Assembly (NCBI GenBank): GCA_000165425.1
Contig: CT868656.1
Span: forward strand, 62,001-126,000
Length of the DNA: 64,000 nt
DNA from: Paramecium tetraurelia
Lineage: Eukaryota
Reading direction: 5' to 3'
The notes below the pieces were generated by a model that had not been told where the DNA came from, did no database searches, and saw nothing but the letters and a program-made list of their open reading frames with translations. The position numbers and the translations under genes were made by a program. Shown piece after piece: positions 1-11,898 of this stretch; the stretch's first letter is position 1; every line of letters begins with the position of its first letter.

Positions 1-57
1 GAAAGTTTACATTTTGTCTTATATGAATTATTTATTTATATAATTTTAAAGTATTAA

Positions 58-1303
58 TCAATTTTTTAGGTTTTAGTATTTAAATGAATTGGAACTAGGA
101 GTTATATTTGAGAATGTCATCTCTCCAGTACTGAGTCTCTATTAATTATGTTTTTGGATTCCTTATAAGACTCTCTGGGCATTCTCTTTACCATTCGATC
201 TGCCTCTTCTTTGGATCTCAGCATTCATCACAAATATCTAATTTTCCAAATTATTTATTATTATCTTATACTCTGCTACTTGTGACGATAATTCATTAGC
301 CTATTGTTAAATGTCTTCCTAATAACTAAAAATGATACACTATAATATTATACTTTTGTCCTAATAGATCTAATTGATTTTACAATTGTAAGTTTTCAGA
401 ATATAGTTGTTATGCTTGATTATGCACATCATTCACTTAGATTTCTAATTGATGTATGATTTCATTCTTATTTTCTAATTACGATTCAAACTCTTCTTAT
501 AATTGTTATTTTTCTTAAGTGAATTATTCTACTATATTTGACAATTATTTCTAAAAATATTATTCAATTTCTTATTCTTTCTTGCTTAATTAATCAAATA
601 AGTAATTGTTCTGTTCTTTTATTTCATTCATTTGATCTTATAATTCTTAATAGATGGATAGCTTAGATTCTGATGAGCTTTTGTTTTATAACTGAGCAAT
701 CAATTATTATTATTCTTATTCCTTAATAAATACTTATAGTTTGTATTCTTAAAATTATAATTACAATGATTCTTATTCTTTATTCAACTTTTATAACAAT
801 CTTTTTGTTTCCTCCAATTATTTTTCATACAAATCGTTTTATTGTATTAAATTCTCATTTTATAATTGTAGCTCTTCTAATTTTTATTCTAATTGATGAG
901 TCTATTATAGGGAATTGTAATTTTCTTGATAATTATTTTAAATAATAGATTTTTCTAACTTTTATTGCAAATCCTTTTTCTCATTCAATAATTTAGAGAT
1001 TGTGCATTATTATTATGCCAATAGATTTTGATATTGTTCAAATTTCATTTCATAATAATACTTATCAGCATATGCTTAAGACAATCTCTAAATCTCATTT
1101 TCTTATAAACAGATAGATTTCTAAACTTCTGGGTCCTTACTTAGAATGACACTCTATTCATTGGTTTCTTGATCTATGTAAATAGTGCTATTGTCATCAA
1201 TGTTTGTAAACTAAGAAGTTTTCTAGAATAATTATTGATGCTCCTCAATGTAACTATGATCATTGGCTTTATTTTCATATGAATTTGTTTTATCAGTCAA
1301 CAT
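58..1303 (-). CDS. Coiled-coil, Gln/Glu-rich hypothetical protein (~407 aa)
   Basis: ATG at 1303 (MLTDKTNSYENK...), TGA at 58-60. A single 22-nt GT..AG intron at 319-340 makes the length a multiple of 3 in the ciliate code. Confidence 0.7.
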
Positions 1304-1456
1304 TAACGAATTTATTTTATTAATTAAATATATATTAAATGTATCTAATACTAAGCTTATGTGTCATTTAACAACTGGAACTTGGTTGAGTTATTTAAGC
1401 TTATAAATAGATGTACATTATCTATTTTTATATACAAATAAAAAATTATTAAAGAA

Positions 1457-2302
1457 ATGTCTGAAAGTATCTAAAATAGAGTCTCTTCAATCTTTGAAAA
1501 ATTAAATAACATTTCCACTAGTGTTTAGGATGAGTAATAAATAATTTGATGTTTTAGAAAAAACAATCGTTTTCATGCAATTAGTTAATTGATCATGGCT
1601 TTTGAAGCACAATTGCAACATTAGTCAGATCAGAAGGAAGAGAAATTTATTTACATTGCAGCCAAAGTTAGACAGATAACTGAATTTTTAGAATAAGAAT
1701 AAGAGAAGTATTTATGATGATTCTAAATTAAGTCGTGAAAGACAAGAAACAGAAACTTTTAAATTGATTACAGACTTAGAAAGACATGCAAGAAGGTTGA
1801 TTGAATAAAACTCTAAAGAGAGAGTAGAATAAGAAAAAAAAATTGTTTATTCAATTGGATAATAAATAGAGTCCTTATAATAAGATGTAATTAAGGAAGG
1901 ATTGGTATTAATTGTGTTAATTTAGGCATAATCAACATCTCATGAATATATTGATTCATATTTGAATGAAGATTTACCAAAAATAGCAGATGAATTGTAA
2001 AATGAAATTACAGAAAGAAAGGATGTAGAGGAAAAAATTTATCATTAATTTGTTGAATAGTTGAATGATCTAAGAGTACTATTTGAAAAGTAATTATAAT
2101 TTATACATTATATAGAGAAAAAAAAGAAAGAGAAATAAAAGAGGAAGAAATTTTAGAGAATTTAAGAGAGATATCCATTAGAATCCAAGAATAATTAAGA
2201 AAGAATAAAGGAGAAAGGGAAAAGACAGAGGAAACATTAGTGACATTAGTAGAAAAAGTAATTGAAAAACTTAAAAGAGAAATGTTAGAAATGAATTTAT
2301 GA
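1457..2302 (+). CDS. SF-assemblin / beta-giardin family (striated rootlet) protein
   Basis: MSESIQNRVSSIFEKLNNISTSVQDE...; C-terminus EREKTEETLVTLVEKVIEKLKREMLEMNL* is typical of SF-assemblins. Several ~25-nt introns. Confidence 0.8.
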
Positions 2303-3429
2303 ATAAAATATCAATCGTAATTTATCAGAAACAAATATTTTATTGGGCAATAAAGCAACTTTTCATTTTTTTTTCATAAAGAATAAAAAATTTGATTGTC
2401 GTTCTAAATAACATCAACAATTTGACTTCCATCAATACATTACTGATTTCTGTGTTATACCTCAGCACTTCTCACTGCTTTATAAATGATCATTGATATT
2501 GTTTTCTTTTGATTTTGAAAGGGGAGAATAATTTTTATAATTTGAGTATATTTTTTTATAAATTTTCCAAAATGTTCAGATGAAAGTTCATAGTAAAATT
2601 ATTCTAATGTTGAGTTATTGAATTCTATTAAAACATATTTCACTAATTAGAAGAATAATTTATCTGATTTCTTATCATAAAAAAAAATACAAGAAGCAAA
2701 TTATAATATAGATATTTATTTTATGAGAATTATATTTCTGATTTTAGTATATATTTTTAAAAGATTCTATTATTATGGATCTTCATCAAAAATTAGTGAA
2801 ACAGTTTACATCATTCTTCTTTAAAAGATTTTTACTATAATAAGTGTATTTCAATTAAAAAAAATGCCAACAATGATAAATGAACTTGTTTATATGAGTA
2901 AACTTAAGAATTTTAAATTTAAAGAATAATATTTATTATGAGTATTTAATTAATAGAAATATATAGAGTCGAAGAAGAATTTCAACTTCATCAATAGATA
3001 TAAATAACTGGGTAAGTAATACACAGCTAAACCCACTCTTAGTTATTTTAAAATGAAAATGTGACCATTAGTTTTTTTAATCAAGGCAGATCACAAAATA
3101 ATAAATTTCAATAAGTAGTGGATAAATTGATACAATTTCGAAGATTAAATATAATGAAGAATTGAATTATTAGAATGTTGGAGTATGCGTTGAATAAAAA
3201 TAAAATTAAAATTTAATAGTGAATAACAAAGGAAGGAAGTAAATCTCTTGAAGTTTAGAAGTAAATTTTAATATCGTTCAATATATTGCTGTACAATTGA
3301 ATAAAAGCATAATGTTATATAAAGATCTCAATCATAATAGTAAAATGAATAATTGAAATAATTCCCTTTAATTTGTATAACAAGAAAAAATTTAGAATCC
3401 TATTACTTATGATTATTGCACATAGTGCG

Positions 3430-4225
3430 CTGCAAGCAACACCCTTAGAGACTAAACAGCTGCCTTGAATGTTGCTTAAACATCAAATATTAGAGCCACA
3501 AACCAATAAGAAGTCAATTATTATAATATTTCTCATCCCAACAACACTTAGCCTCAGTTTATAAATCTGCTAAAGGTGAAGCTGGTTATTTCAAGAAAAA
3601 GGAAGAGATTATGAAAATGCTCTCCATACCATTGATGAAGCCTCAGACATTTTGGCTTCCATCAATAGTGAATCATGATCCGTTGTTGAAATCAGCAGAG
3701 TTGCTAAAAGATTGCTTCAGATATGTTTCAATGTAAAGTAAACAGCCAGATTTACTCCAATATTCTATGCTTTTTCAAAATTAGCTACAGGAGACATAAT
3801 TTCATATATAGGTTTTTTGATTGATTTTACAATTTAAGTTGACCTATGAAGGATAACTTGATGAATCAGCTCTTGAAAGGGTTGCCTAACATTTAGAATC
3901 CTTATGAGCCAACATCCAAGAAGCATACAATGATTTTGCTGAATCTAAAGCTGTGTCAGTAGCCGCCTTTAAAGATCAAAAATAAAGGTAGGACAAAAAT
4001 TTAAGCCTAGAATGAAAGACTATAAATAAATTAGATAACCTAAATCAAAAATTTGGATCTTAATTAGCCATAGCTTAAAAGGCTTCAGGAAATTCTAAAG
4101 AAACCAATTGCTTAGGGACTATGCTTAATCTTTATGCTCAACCTTTCCACATGAATATAATTATGCTACTCAATCAAGAAGAAATTAGATTAATTATTTG
4201 CTTAATTAGAAGAACTAGTTAAATC
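3430..4225 (+). pseudogene. Decayed, 5'-truncated trichocyst matrix protein paralogue
   Basis: Aligns collinearly with 27620-28365 (e.g. GCTGCCTTGAATGT, GGAAGAGATTATGAA, GATGAATCAGC, TTTATGCTCAACCTT). Has in-frame TGAs, indels and a 55-nt insertion. Confidence 0.9.
3786..3842. other. Candidate retained internal eliminated sequence (IES), 55 bp
   Basis: Insertion relative to the intact TMP paralogue. Left end TACAGGAG resembles the TAYAGYNR consensus; the right end reads GA where TA is expected; 24% GC. Confidence 0.5.
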
Positions 4226-4740
4226 CAGATTTAACTAATATAAATATAGGGAAAATGAGAGCAAAGGAAATTTGACTGTGTTGTTTAATTCATATAATGC
4301 ATTTTTGTAAATTAAATTTCAATGACAAAATAAATGAATATGAATAAAGATTTCTGCATTTACTCAAAACATCAAATTTCAAAGCATATAAGTTAGAATT
4401 ATCGCTTAATTAAAATTAATGAGAATTTAGAACAACAAATAATAATAGAAAATGCTGATCTTATAGCTATAGGTCTTAGATTTATAAGAATAGTAGTGAA
4501 GATATTTTATGATATAATAAAATACAAGATATAATAATAGGTAAGAAAAGTTATGAATTATTAAAAAAATTGAGAAATTGGCACAATTTTCAGTGGATTA
4601 TTATTGATTGAAGAAGAAGAACTAGAATTTAAAAGAGTGTGTACTTGAATGGATAGAATAAGAGATTGAGACCAAGAATAATTTCATTAAAAAGCCATGA
4701 TGTTATATATATAATCCTTACTTCTAATAATAATTATATC

Positions 4741-5881
4741 ATGGGATAATGTGTATGTTCTGAAACTGTACCTGTAATTAGTGAAATAAGCCCACTGGTA
4801 TACACTCAAAGGGCAGAAGTCATAAAAGAGCCCTTAGTTGTTTCAGATGAGCCTCTAATACAAGATGATTTAGATAAATTACAATCTCAAACAAAGACTA
4901 GATAAACAGAGTGTTCTTTAGTTTTTGAGTTTAACAAACCAAATTGCAAAGTAGCTATGCAGACTAATGAATCGTTCTAGTCTTCTTCTCAAAAAGTCAA
5001 GGTATAATATATTTAGAATAAAGGAACTTCTAGATAAATTGGGTTCTTATGAAGATGAAGGGGTAGAAACAAGTAACCATTGTATTTATGAATTAAAAAA
5101 TGGGAGTTTATATAAAGGAGGATGGCTAGAGGATTAGAAGAGCGGAAAAGGTTAAATATTAGTTGTAAAATTTACTAGGTATTGAAATACAGAAAAATGG
5201 ATCCCTTTTTGAAGGCTAATTTTCTCAAGGATTAGCTAATGGAAGAGGGAGGATGATATATTGTGACGGTGATTATTATATTGGAGATTGGGTTGATGAT
5301 TAACGTATATGTAAATGTTAAATATGAGATCATGGATATGGAGAATATTACCATTATGATGGATCTTTGTATAAAGGTTAATGGTTCTAAAATTTGTAGC
5401 ATGGTCAAGGATTCGAATTATTTGTTGACTAATCTACATATTTAGGGGATTTCCAGTTTGGCAAAAGATCAGGACAGGGTATATATAAGTTTAGTGATGG
5501 ATGTATGTATGAAGGTGAATTTAGAAATAATTAATTTAATGGATATGGGTTTAATTAATGTTTCATATTTAGTACTTTCAATTGGACAGATGGTAGAGTT
5601 TATGCAGGAGAATGGAGAAATGATAAAAAGGATGGAAAGGGCAAGATGATATGGGCAGATGGAACAATTTATGAGGGGGAATACAATAATGATAAGAAAC
5701 ATGGATTCGGCACATTGAGATGGAGTATTGTTTGATTGAAATATAGTTAGCTGATAATAGACAATATAGTGGATAGTGGGAGGATGGTAAATAGAATGGA
5801 GTTGGAGAGTACAGGAATGCTTAGTAGGGAAGTAGGAAGGGACATTGGATAAATGGAAAACGAGTGTTATGGTTTGATTGA
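4741..5881 (+). CDS. MORN-repeat protein with N-terminal MGxCxC acylation motif
   Basis: MGQCVCSE...; repeated YxGxWxxxxxxGxG MORN units (e.g. DGRVYAGEWRNDKKDGKGKMIWADGTIYEGEY). Five ~22-28 nt introns; TGA at 5879-5881. Confidence 0.9.
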
Positions 5882-5966
5882 GAATTGAAATATTGAATTT
5901 TATTTAAGTATTCTGAATTGAAATATATTAATATATGTTGAATGCAATTAATAATTAATAATTTAA

Positions 5967-6829
5967 ATGAGCGATCTGCATATTTCATTATTGAACAGTG
6001 ATATGAATTTCGATTAGTTATATGATGTAATCTTAGTTAATATTATCAAGGTTGTTAGATAAGAATTAGTTGAATTTCAGAAAAATGTGGATGAGTTGTA
6101 AGTTTTAGGAGAAAGCGAAATTGATTAACACAATGTGAATTAAGTGTTTTAGGCACTAAAAACAATTTAGTTACAGTAATTGAACCTTAAAGAGAAGATT
6201 ATTAAATTGGAGCAAGTACATTAAACAATAACTCAAAGTAATCGCGAGGGGTCGAATAAAGAAACAAAACTAAAAAATTAAGAGATTTATATACTAGCCA
6301 CCTACAAAGATAGTAGTAATTGTATAAGAATATGGTGAATGATTGTGGATACGAACCACTGAAAGATGTATTAAAAGAAATAGATAAAATGATGAAATTA
6401 TCATCTAAGTAAGATGTTTAGAATTATGTCTTGAATTCACAAATTCAATCGAAATAATCAACCTCTGGAGGCAGTACTAACCAATCTTAAATGCAATTAT
6501 AAAATGTAGAACCTTTAGAGCAATATGAACATTTGGATTGGAATAATCAACTTATAAAGCAAAACCAAGAAGACCTTGATAAATTGCAAATGAAAGCATA
6601 CACCGTAAATAAAATAGTATAGGATCTGGCATTGGAAATAGAGCATCAAGGTACAATCTTTGATGAAATTGAGACAAATGTTACAACTACTATGGTGCAT
6701 GTTGTTGGGGCCGGAGAATAATTGGAAAAAACATAAGAGTAATAAAAGTCAGGAAAGAAAAAGTTATGGTGTATGCTGATCTGCGCTTTTATAACTTTTT
6801 TGGTTCTGCTTTTAATTTTATTATTGTGA
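5967..6829 (+). CDS. Syntaxin (Qa-SNARE)
   Basis: SNARE motif VNKIVQDLALEIEHQGTIFDEIETNV, then KSGKKK and a C-terminal TM helix LWCMLICAFITFLVLLLILLL*. Confidence 0.9.
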
Positions 6830-6879
6830 ATTAATTAATTATAATTTATATTTTAATATATATTTATAACAGTATTCAA

Positions 6880-7682
6880 ACATCATGGATTGACTGCACT
6901 CTCTTTTACTTTATTGGTTTAGTCATCTGATCAGTGATATGAATTGTATTCTGACCTCGTCTTTATTGAGCTTTTTAGCTTTGTTTTTTATATAAAGTAT
7001 TCAATTCCTGCAATCTCTCCATTGTTATAGTCTACCCTAAGATTGATATCGAATTTTTGCTATTGTATCATTCCATTTTAATTATAGATTTTAAGATGTC
7101 TTCTTTTTTGAAACATTTGTTGGTTAAATTTGTTGTTTCTATTATGATGAAATTGTTGATAATCTATATTATATAGTATCAGTCTTTAATCGCTCTTGAC
7201 TTGAAATCCCGATTTATTTCTTCATTCTAACTATCTCTTTTGATAATTGCTTCCGTAATACTAATCATTTCAATACTAATATTTATGAATTAGATTTCTC
7301 CAATTATTTTTACATCTCTTCGCATGTGTCTTATAAGTCTTCCGCGTATTCTTTTTATTGTTATTAAATTTTGGATGTCTTTTCTTGCTTCAGTTTCTTT
7401 TGAAATTAATTGATCTTCCAATAGCTGATATTGGTTCTTTAGCTCAATATATATACTTACTATATCCTATGCTATTACACCGTTAAAGAAACGAATCCAC
7501 AATTTGACACATTATGCGGAAACAAACCTACATAGCCTCAACAATGTTGTCTTGGCATGGTAATTCAGCATTCTCGCTTTTATTCTCCATTAGTTTCTTA
7601 TAATAGTTCAGTATCTAATGCGTATCGACTAAAGATATACCTACTTAAATAACTACTTGATTATTTTCTCTTCTCCCACCGT
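6880..7682 (-). pseudogene. Probable pseudogene of a coiled-coil protein
   Basis: ACG where the ATG is expected (7680-7682) and two recognisable introns. Coding-like blocks (YQLLEDQLISKETEARKDI; QKEYAEDLQDTCEEMQKQLE) fall in different frames, with an internal TGA. Confidence 0.55.
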
Positions 7683-8477
7683 TTAAATTTTATTTAATAA
7701 TAATTTATCTAAAATCCGATTTCAAATAAATGAAGGATTATTCAATTAAATGATGAAATACTTTAATCTATTTTAAAACAATTTCATTATTTATCTTAAC
7801 TACAAGTAGAGATGATAGGTAGAATAATTACTCTATTTTTTGTACTGAATTACATAAAATTAAATATGCATCAGTCTGTAAACAACTTTATTCAGATACA
7901 ATAATATCAAATTTATTATTCATTAATATTGATCAAAAGCCATAAAAATAATACAACTCTTAACCTATTAAATTATTATTATTTAGTTTAAGTAATAATC
8001 TTGAATAAAATTTAAAGAACTAATTTTTCAATATGCATAGTTCTTGATTTAACAACATAACTTTTTGGTTTGTAAATGAATGATTTCAAAAGGGATGTTT
8101 ATGATTTCATTCAAAATAGATGTTTGGATAAAATAATAGAAAAATATAGTGCTATATAATTTAGATCAACTCATAAGGATTGGTATAATAACAATAGTTT
8201 TAAGATTTTACTCGATTAAAAAAGTTATTTCTCTTTGAAAAATCAAAAATGCTAAGATGTCTTTACAATTTAGAATGTGATGTAGAAATTGCTATAGATT
8301 AGTAAATATTTAATGAGAGAATTTAATAAGTATTTAGAGTATTGAAAAAATCGACACATATAAAGACCAAATTTTTGTTTGAGTGATGGGTAGTTGAGAA
8401 TTCAGATTATAAGAAAAACTTAAATTCTATTTAAATAAACTATTCTATTGATTCTATTATAAATAATATTCTATTAA

Positions 8478-8660
8478 ATTGAGTATAAAATTTTAGATTT
8501 TAGTATATAAATAATTTATTAGTTGAATTAATTAATTAATAGAATTAGACACTTTAAGGAGAATCAAATTTTAGATTTTAGTATATAATTCATTCCATTT
8601 GATAGAATTATAGTTATCATAAATTCAGGAGACTTTAATTTTGGATTTTAGTATTTATGC
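8478..8660 (+). repeat. Three degenerate ~70-78 bp tandem repeats (core AATTTT[AG]GATTTTAGTAT)
   Basis: Core copies at ~8488, ~8566 and ~8637. ATAGAATTA and GGAGA recur in the spacers. Confidence 0.7.
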
Positions 8661-8860
8661 AAACAAATTTTGACAATACTTATTATTTAAGAGCAAATAA
8701 ATAAATTATTATAAATAAAAAATGGATTTAGAAAATAGGATAGTTTCGACCAAAAGTAATTGTAATTTCAAGATTGTTGGATTTGGATATACAATTTCCC
8801 CTTTCTATTTTAATTAGGTAGTATATTATATTTAATTCACACATCAATAGAATAATTGAT

Positions 8861-10946
8861 TCATAATAATTCAACATTAATATATTGGCCTTTGCTTTTG
8901 ATAATATTTTCAATCGATTGTCTGGCTAAAGGATGATAAAAATTTTTATTTTCATTGTACCAAGTTTGAGCAGTATTCCTAAATTTATTATAATAGAATA
9001 CTTATCCAAGGCCTTATAAATAGGGTTGATCATTTTCATTCTACCTATTTTGCCAACAAAGGTTCTAATTTTATTAAGATTAGTGTTAGTTGTAGCATAT
9101 TTGGTTTGAATAGATAACGTATACCATCTAAATAATAATTCTGCGTCTTTATTCTCACTAAGATTATAACTTAAATCCAATTGCTTCATAGTTATCGAAT
9201 TCAAATTAACGTATTTTTCTTGCATATAAGACAAAAACAATTATTTTTGGTTTGATTTGAATTGATCAAAAATCTCATAGCCCTAAGGTTGTTCTCCAGG
9301 TCTTGATGAAAGCCAATCCTCTGCCAAATCTGTTGCTTAAGTTGAAGCATCATTAGGAAATCCCAATTTTACAGGAGGAGCACCTAGAGGAATAAGTTAA
9401 ATGGTATACCTGTATCATATATCCATTTAGTATAGACAGTATCGATTTATTGTTTCATGGTTAAGAATTATTCAATTGTAAAGTTAGATTAAATCCAGGT
9501 AATCATAAAATTGTAAAAATCATTCTCATCAACACTTTAATATTCGTTTTATCTGAGCCAATCTTTTAATAGTTATTGAAACTTAGTTTCTGAAATTATA
9601 AATTCTAAATAGAAAAGTAATTAATATCCTCTCTCATATGGAATAGTCTAATTTAATTGAATAATTTACACTAAAACTGTCATCTGCATTGTGGTCTTCA
9701 GTTATTGGATGTAAACTAGCATATGATTTCACAGCAGGATCAGAACTAGTATTGAATTCTTTGATCAACGCATTCATCTCTTTTGTACCAACTTAGGAGT
9801 TAACATAAACATAATCAATTTCTCCAAACAATTGTAATAATCCTTTTCTTTCCAAGAACACGCAAAATCCTTCATTGATCCACATATTAGACCAATTATT
9901 ACATGTTACGGTATTACCAAACCATGAATGAGCTATTTCATGTATAGCAACACTGACACCACTCTTATCTCCAACTATGATGGATGGATTTGCAAAAGTT
10001 AACAATGGATTTTCCATACCACCAAATGGGAATGAGGCTGGTAATATTACTATTTTATAGAATCCCCATTTATATTCACCAATATAGTCTTCTAAGTATT
10101 TAACATACTTATCTAAGTCTTCCAATTCCTTTTGATAAATATCAATATTTTTGGCTTCAGATATTACTGATGTCCTTTAACCGGTTGCTTTTTCTTAGAC
10201 TGTTCCTGCTACTATGGCAATTAAATATGCGGGGATTTTGATTTTTAATTCAAATTGGAATACTTTTGCAATTCCATTCATATTATACTACTCCATCAAT
10301 GCAAACTTGTTATTCTCAACAGGAAGTCCACTCATAAATACATTAATTTAAGAATCTTGAGTAAGCACAGTTGCTGAGTAAGTAAACTTTATGCTTGGAG
10401 TGTCTTGTAATGGTATCATCGATCTGCAATTATTGGCCTCGCATTAAGAAAATAAGTAAGGAGCCTCTATCTTGTTAATTAGTACTCATACTTTTATCAT
10501 CAGTTTAATCAATGCTCAAGAAACTCAACGCTCTTGCTGCCTCTCCTATTTAATATTTAATTCTCATTTAAAAGACATCTCCATATTTGTACGATTATCC
10601 TAGTTTAATAATGAGTTTGTCTCCCTAAACTAGACTTTATTTTGGATCCGATTCTACATGCCAATCCAAAACTTTTCCCACGTTTGGATAATATGCATGC
10701 ATAATTTCCATTTAATATATATCCAGATGAACCTCATACTTGAAAATTTAATACTTCTTTAAGTTCTGCTGTTGTCACTTTAAATGTATATTCAGCCGAT
10801 CCGTCAATAATCTTTGTTCTTAAATTTAATAACCATTCAATATGTAAATGCTGCATCTTCACTTCTCTGTAATTCGAAAATGTATTCTTATCAATATCTA
10901 CTCCATAAGAAGCAAATATCAGAAATGCAATAATATAGAATTTCAT
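8861..10946 (-). CDS. M1 family zinc aminopeptidase, leukotriene A4 hydrolase-like, with signal peptide
   Basis: GGMEN and HEIAH-x18-E motifs, C-terminal GRMKMINPIY and FYHPLAR, N-terminal MKFYIIAFLIFASYG. Several short introns. Confidence 0.93.
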
Positions 10947-11217
10947 ATAATTATATTAAATTTATCACAAAATTAATTTTATCAGATTTTTTCTTATTTT
11001 CGATCTTTCATTCATTATAAATGAATAAATTCTTACTTCATTACCACTAAACAGTATCCAAGTTGAATGCTTATAAATAATATATATATAAATTTCAATT
11101 AAGTCTTTTATTTAAAAAATTCAAAAATATTATTAATTAATTTCTAAGCGAATAAACCGAATCCAATGTCTAATATAATAAAGTTGTACGGTTGTGTTTA
11201 TTTATTTATAATAATTG

Positions 11218-11898
11218 ATGCTAAATACAAACATTAATGGATATTATGTACAATAACCATTCTACTACCCATATGGGTTCTAGTATTTTATAATGCCAGC
11301 ACCAATTGCATTCACTAATACATAGATAATTAACTATCCAAATTAAGTTAAGCATAATAATACTTAAACAAATGATATATCTATCGAAGTGAACAAACCA
11401 CAGGAAGAGCAAAAACTAAAAACTATATCTGAAACCGAGAGTCAATTCGATTCTGATAGTAGCAATGAAGATTCTAGAGATTAACCAGCGAGACCCAAAT
11501 CAATTAAGCTCAATCTAACCAAAAAAATTAAGACGCCTAACCTATTAGTTAAATCTACAAACATCCAAAAAAATTATGCCAAAGCTATGGTGTCCTATGC
11601 TTGTCGTTAGCGCGCTTTGGTTTTTGAGACTCTAGGAGAACAGGGTGGAGAAGAATTTCTTAAGTTAATGATAAGACTGAAAAATAGACTTAGAAATGTT
11701 GCACACATTACAAGATTTACTCATGTAGAAGAATTTTTATCATTGTTCAGAATTTTGGGGTATTTAAGTATAAATATCAATAGAAACAATTTTATGAAGA
11801 AGGACTCAGTTAGTTACATCTATAACTCCAAGATATAATAGAAGAGCTGCCACTTATCCAATATGACTATTGTTAGGAATTCTCTTTTAAAGTATTGA
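11218..11898 (+). CDS. Ciliate-type protein with conserved C-terminal 'TNIQKNYAKAM' domain
   Basis: MLNTNINGYYVQQPFYYPYG..., one intron near 11760, TGA at 11896. The C-terminal domain is similar to that of the gene at 63055. Confidence 0.8.

Noticed and set aside
2310..3420. Possible degraded gene remnants (similar patches at 4230-4740, 7700-8470, 11900-13200, 26230-27340)
   Set aside because: Only weak purine-rich coding-like patches, with no alignable homologue in the window and no consistent frame.
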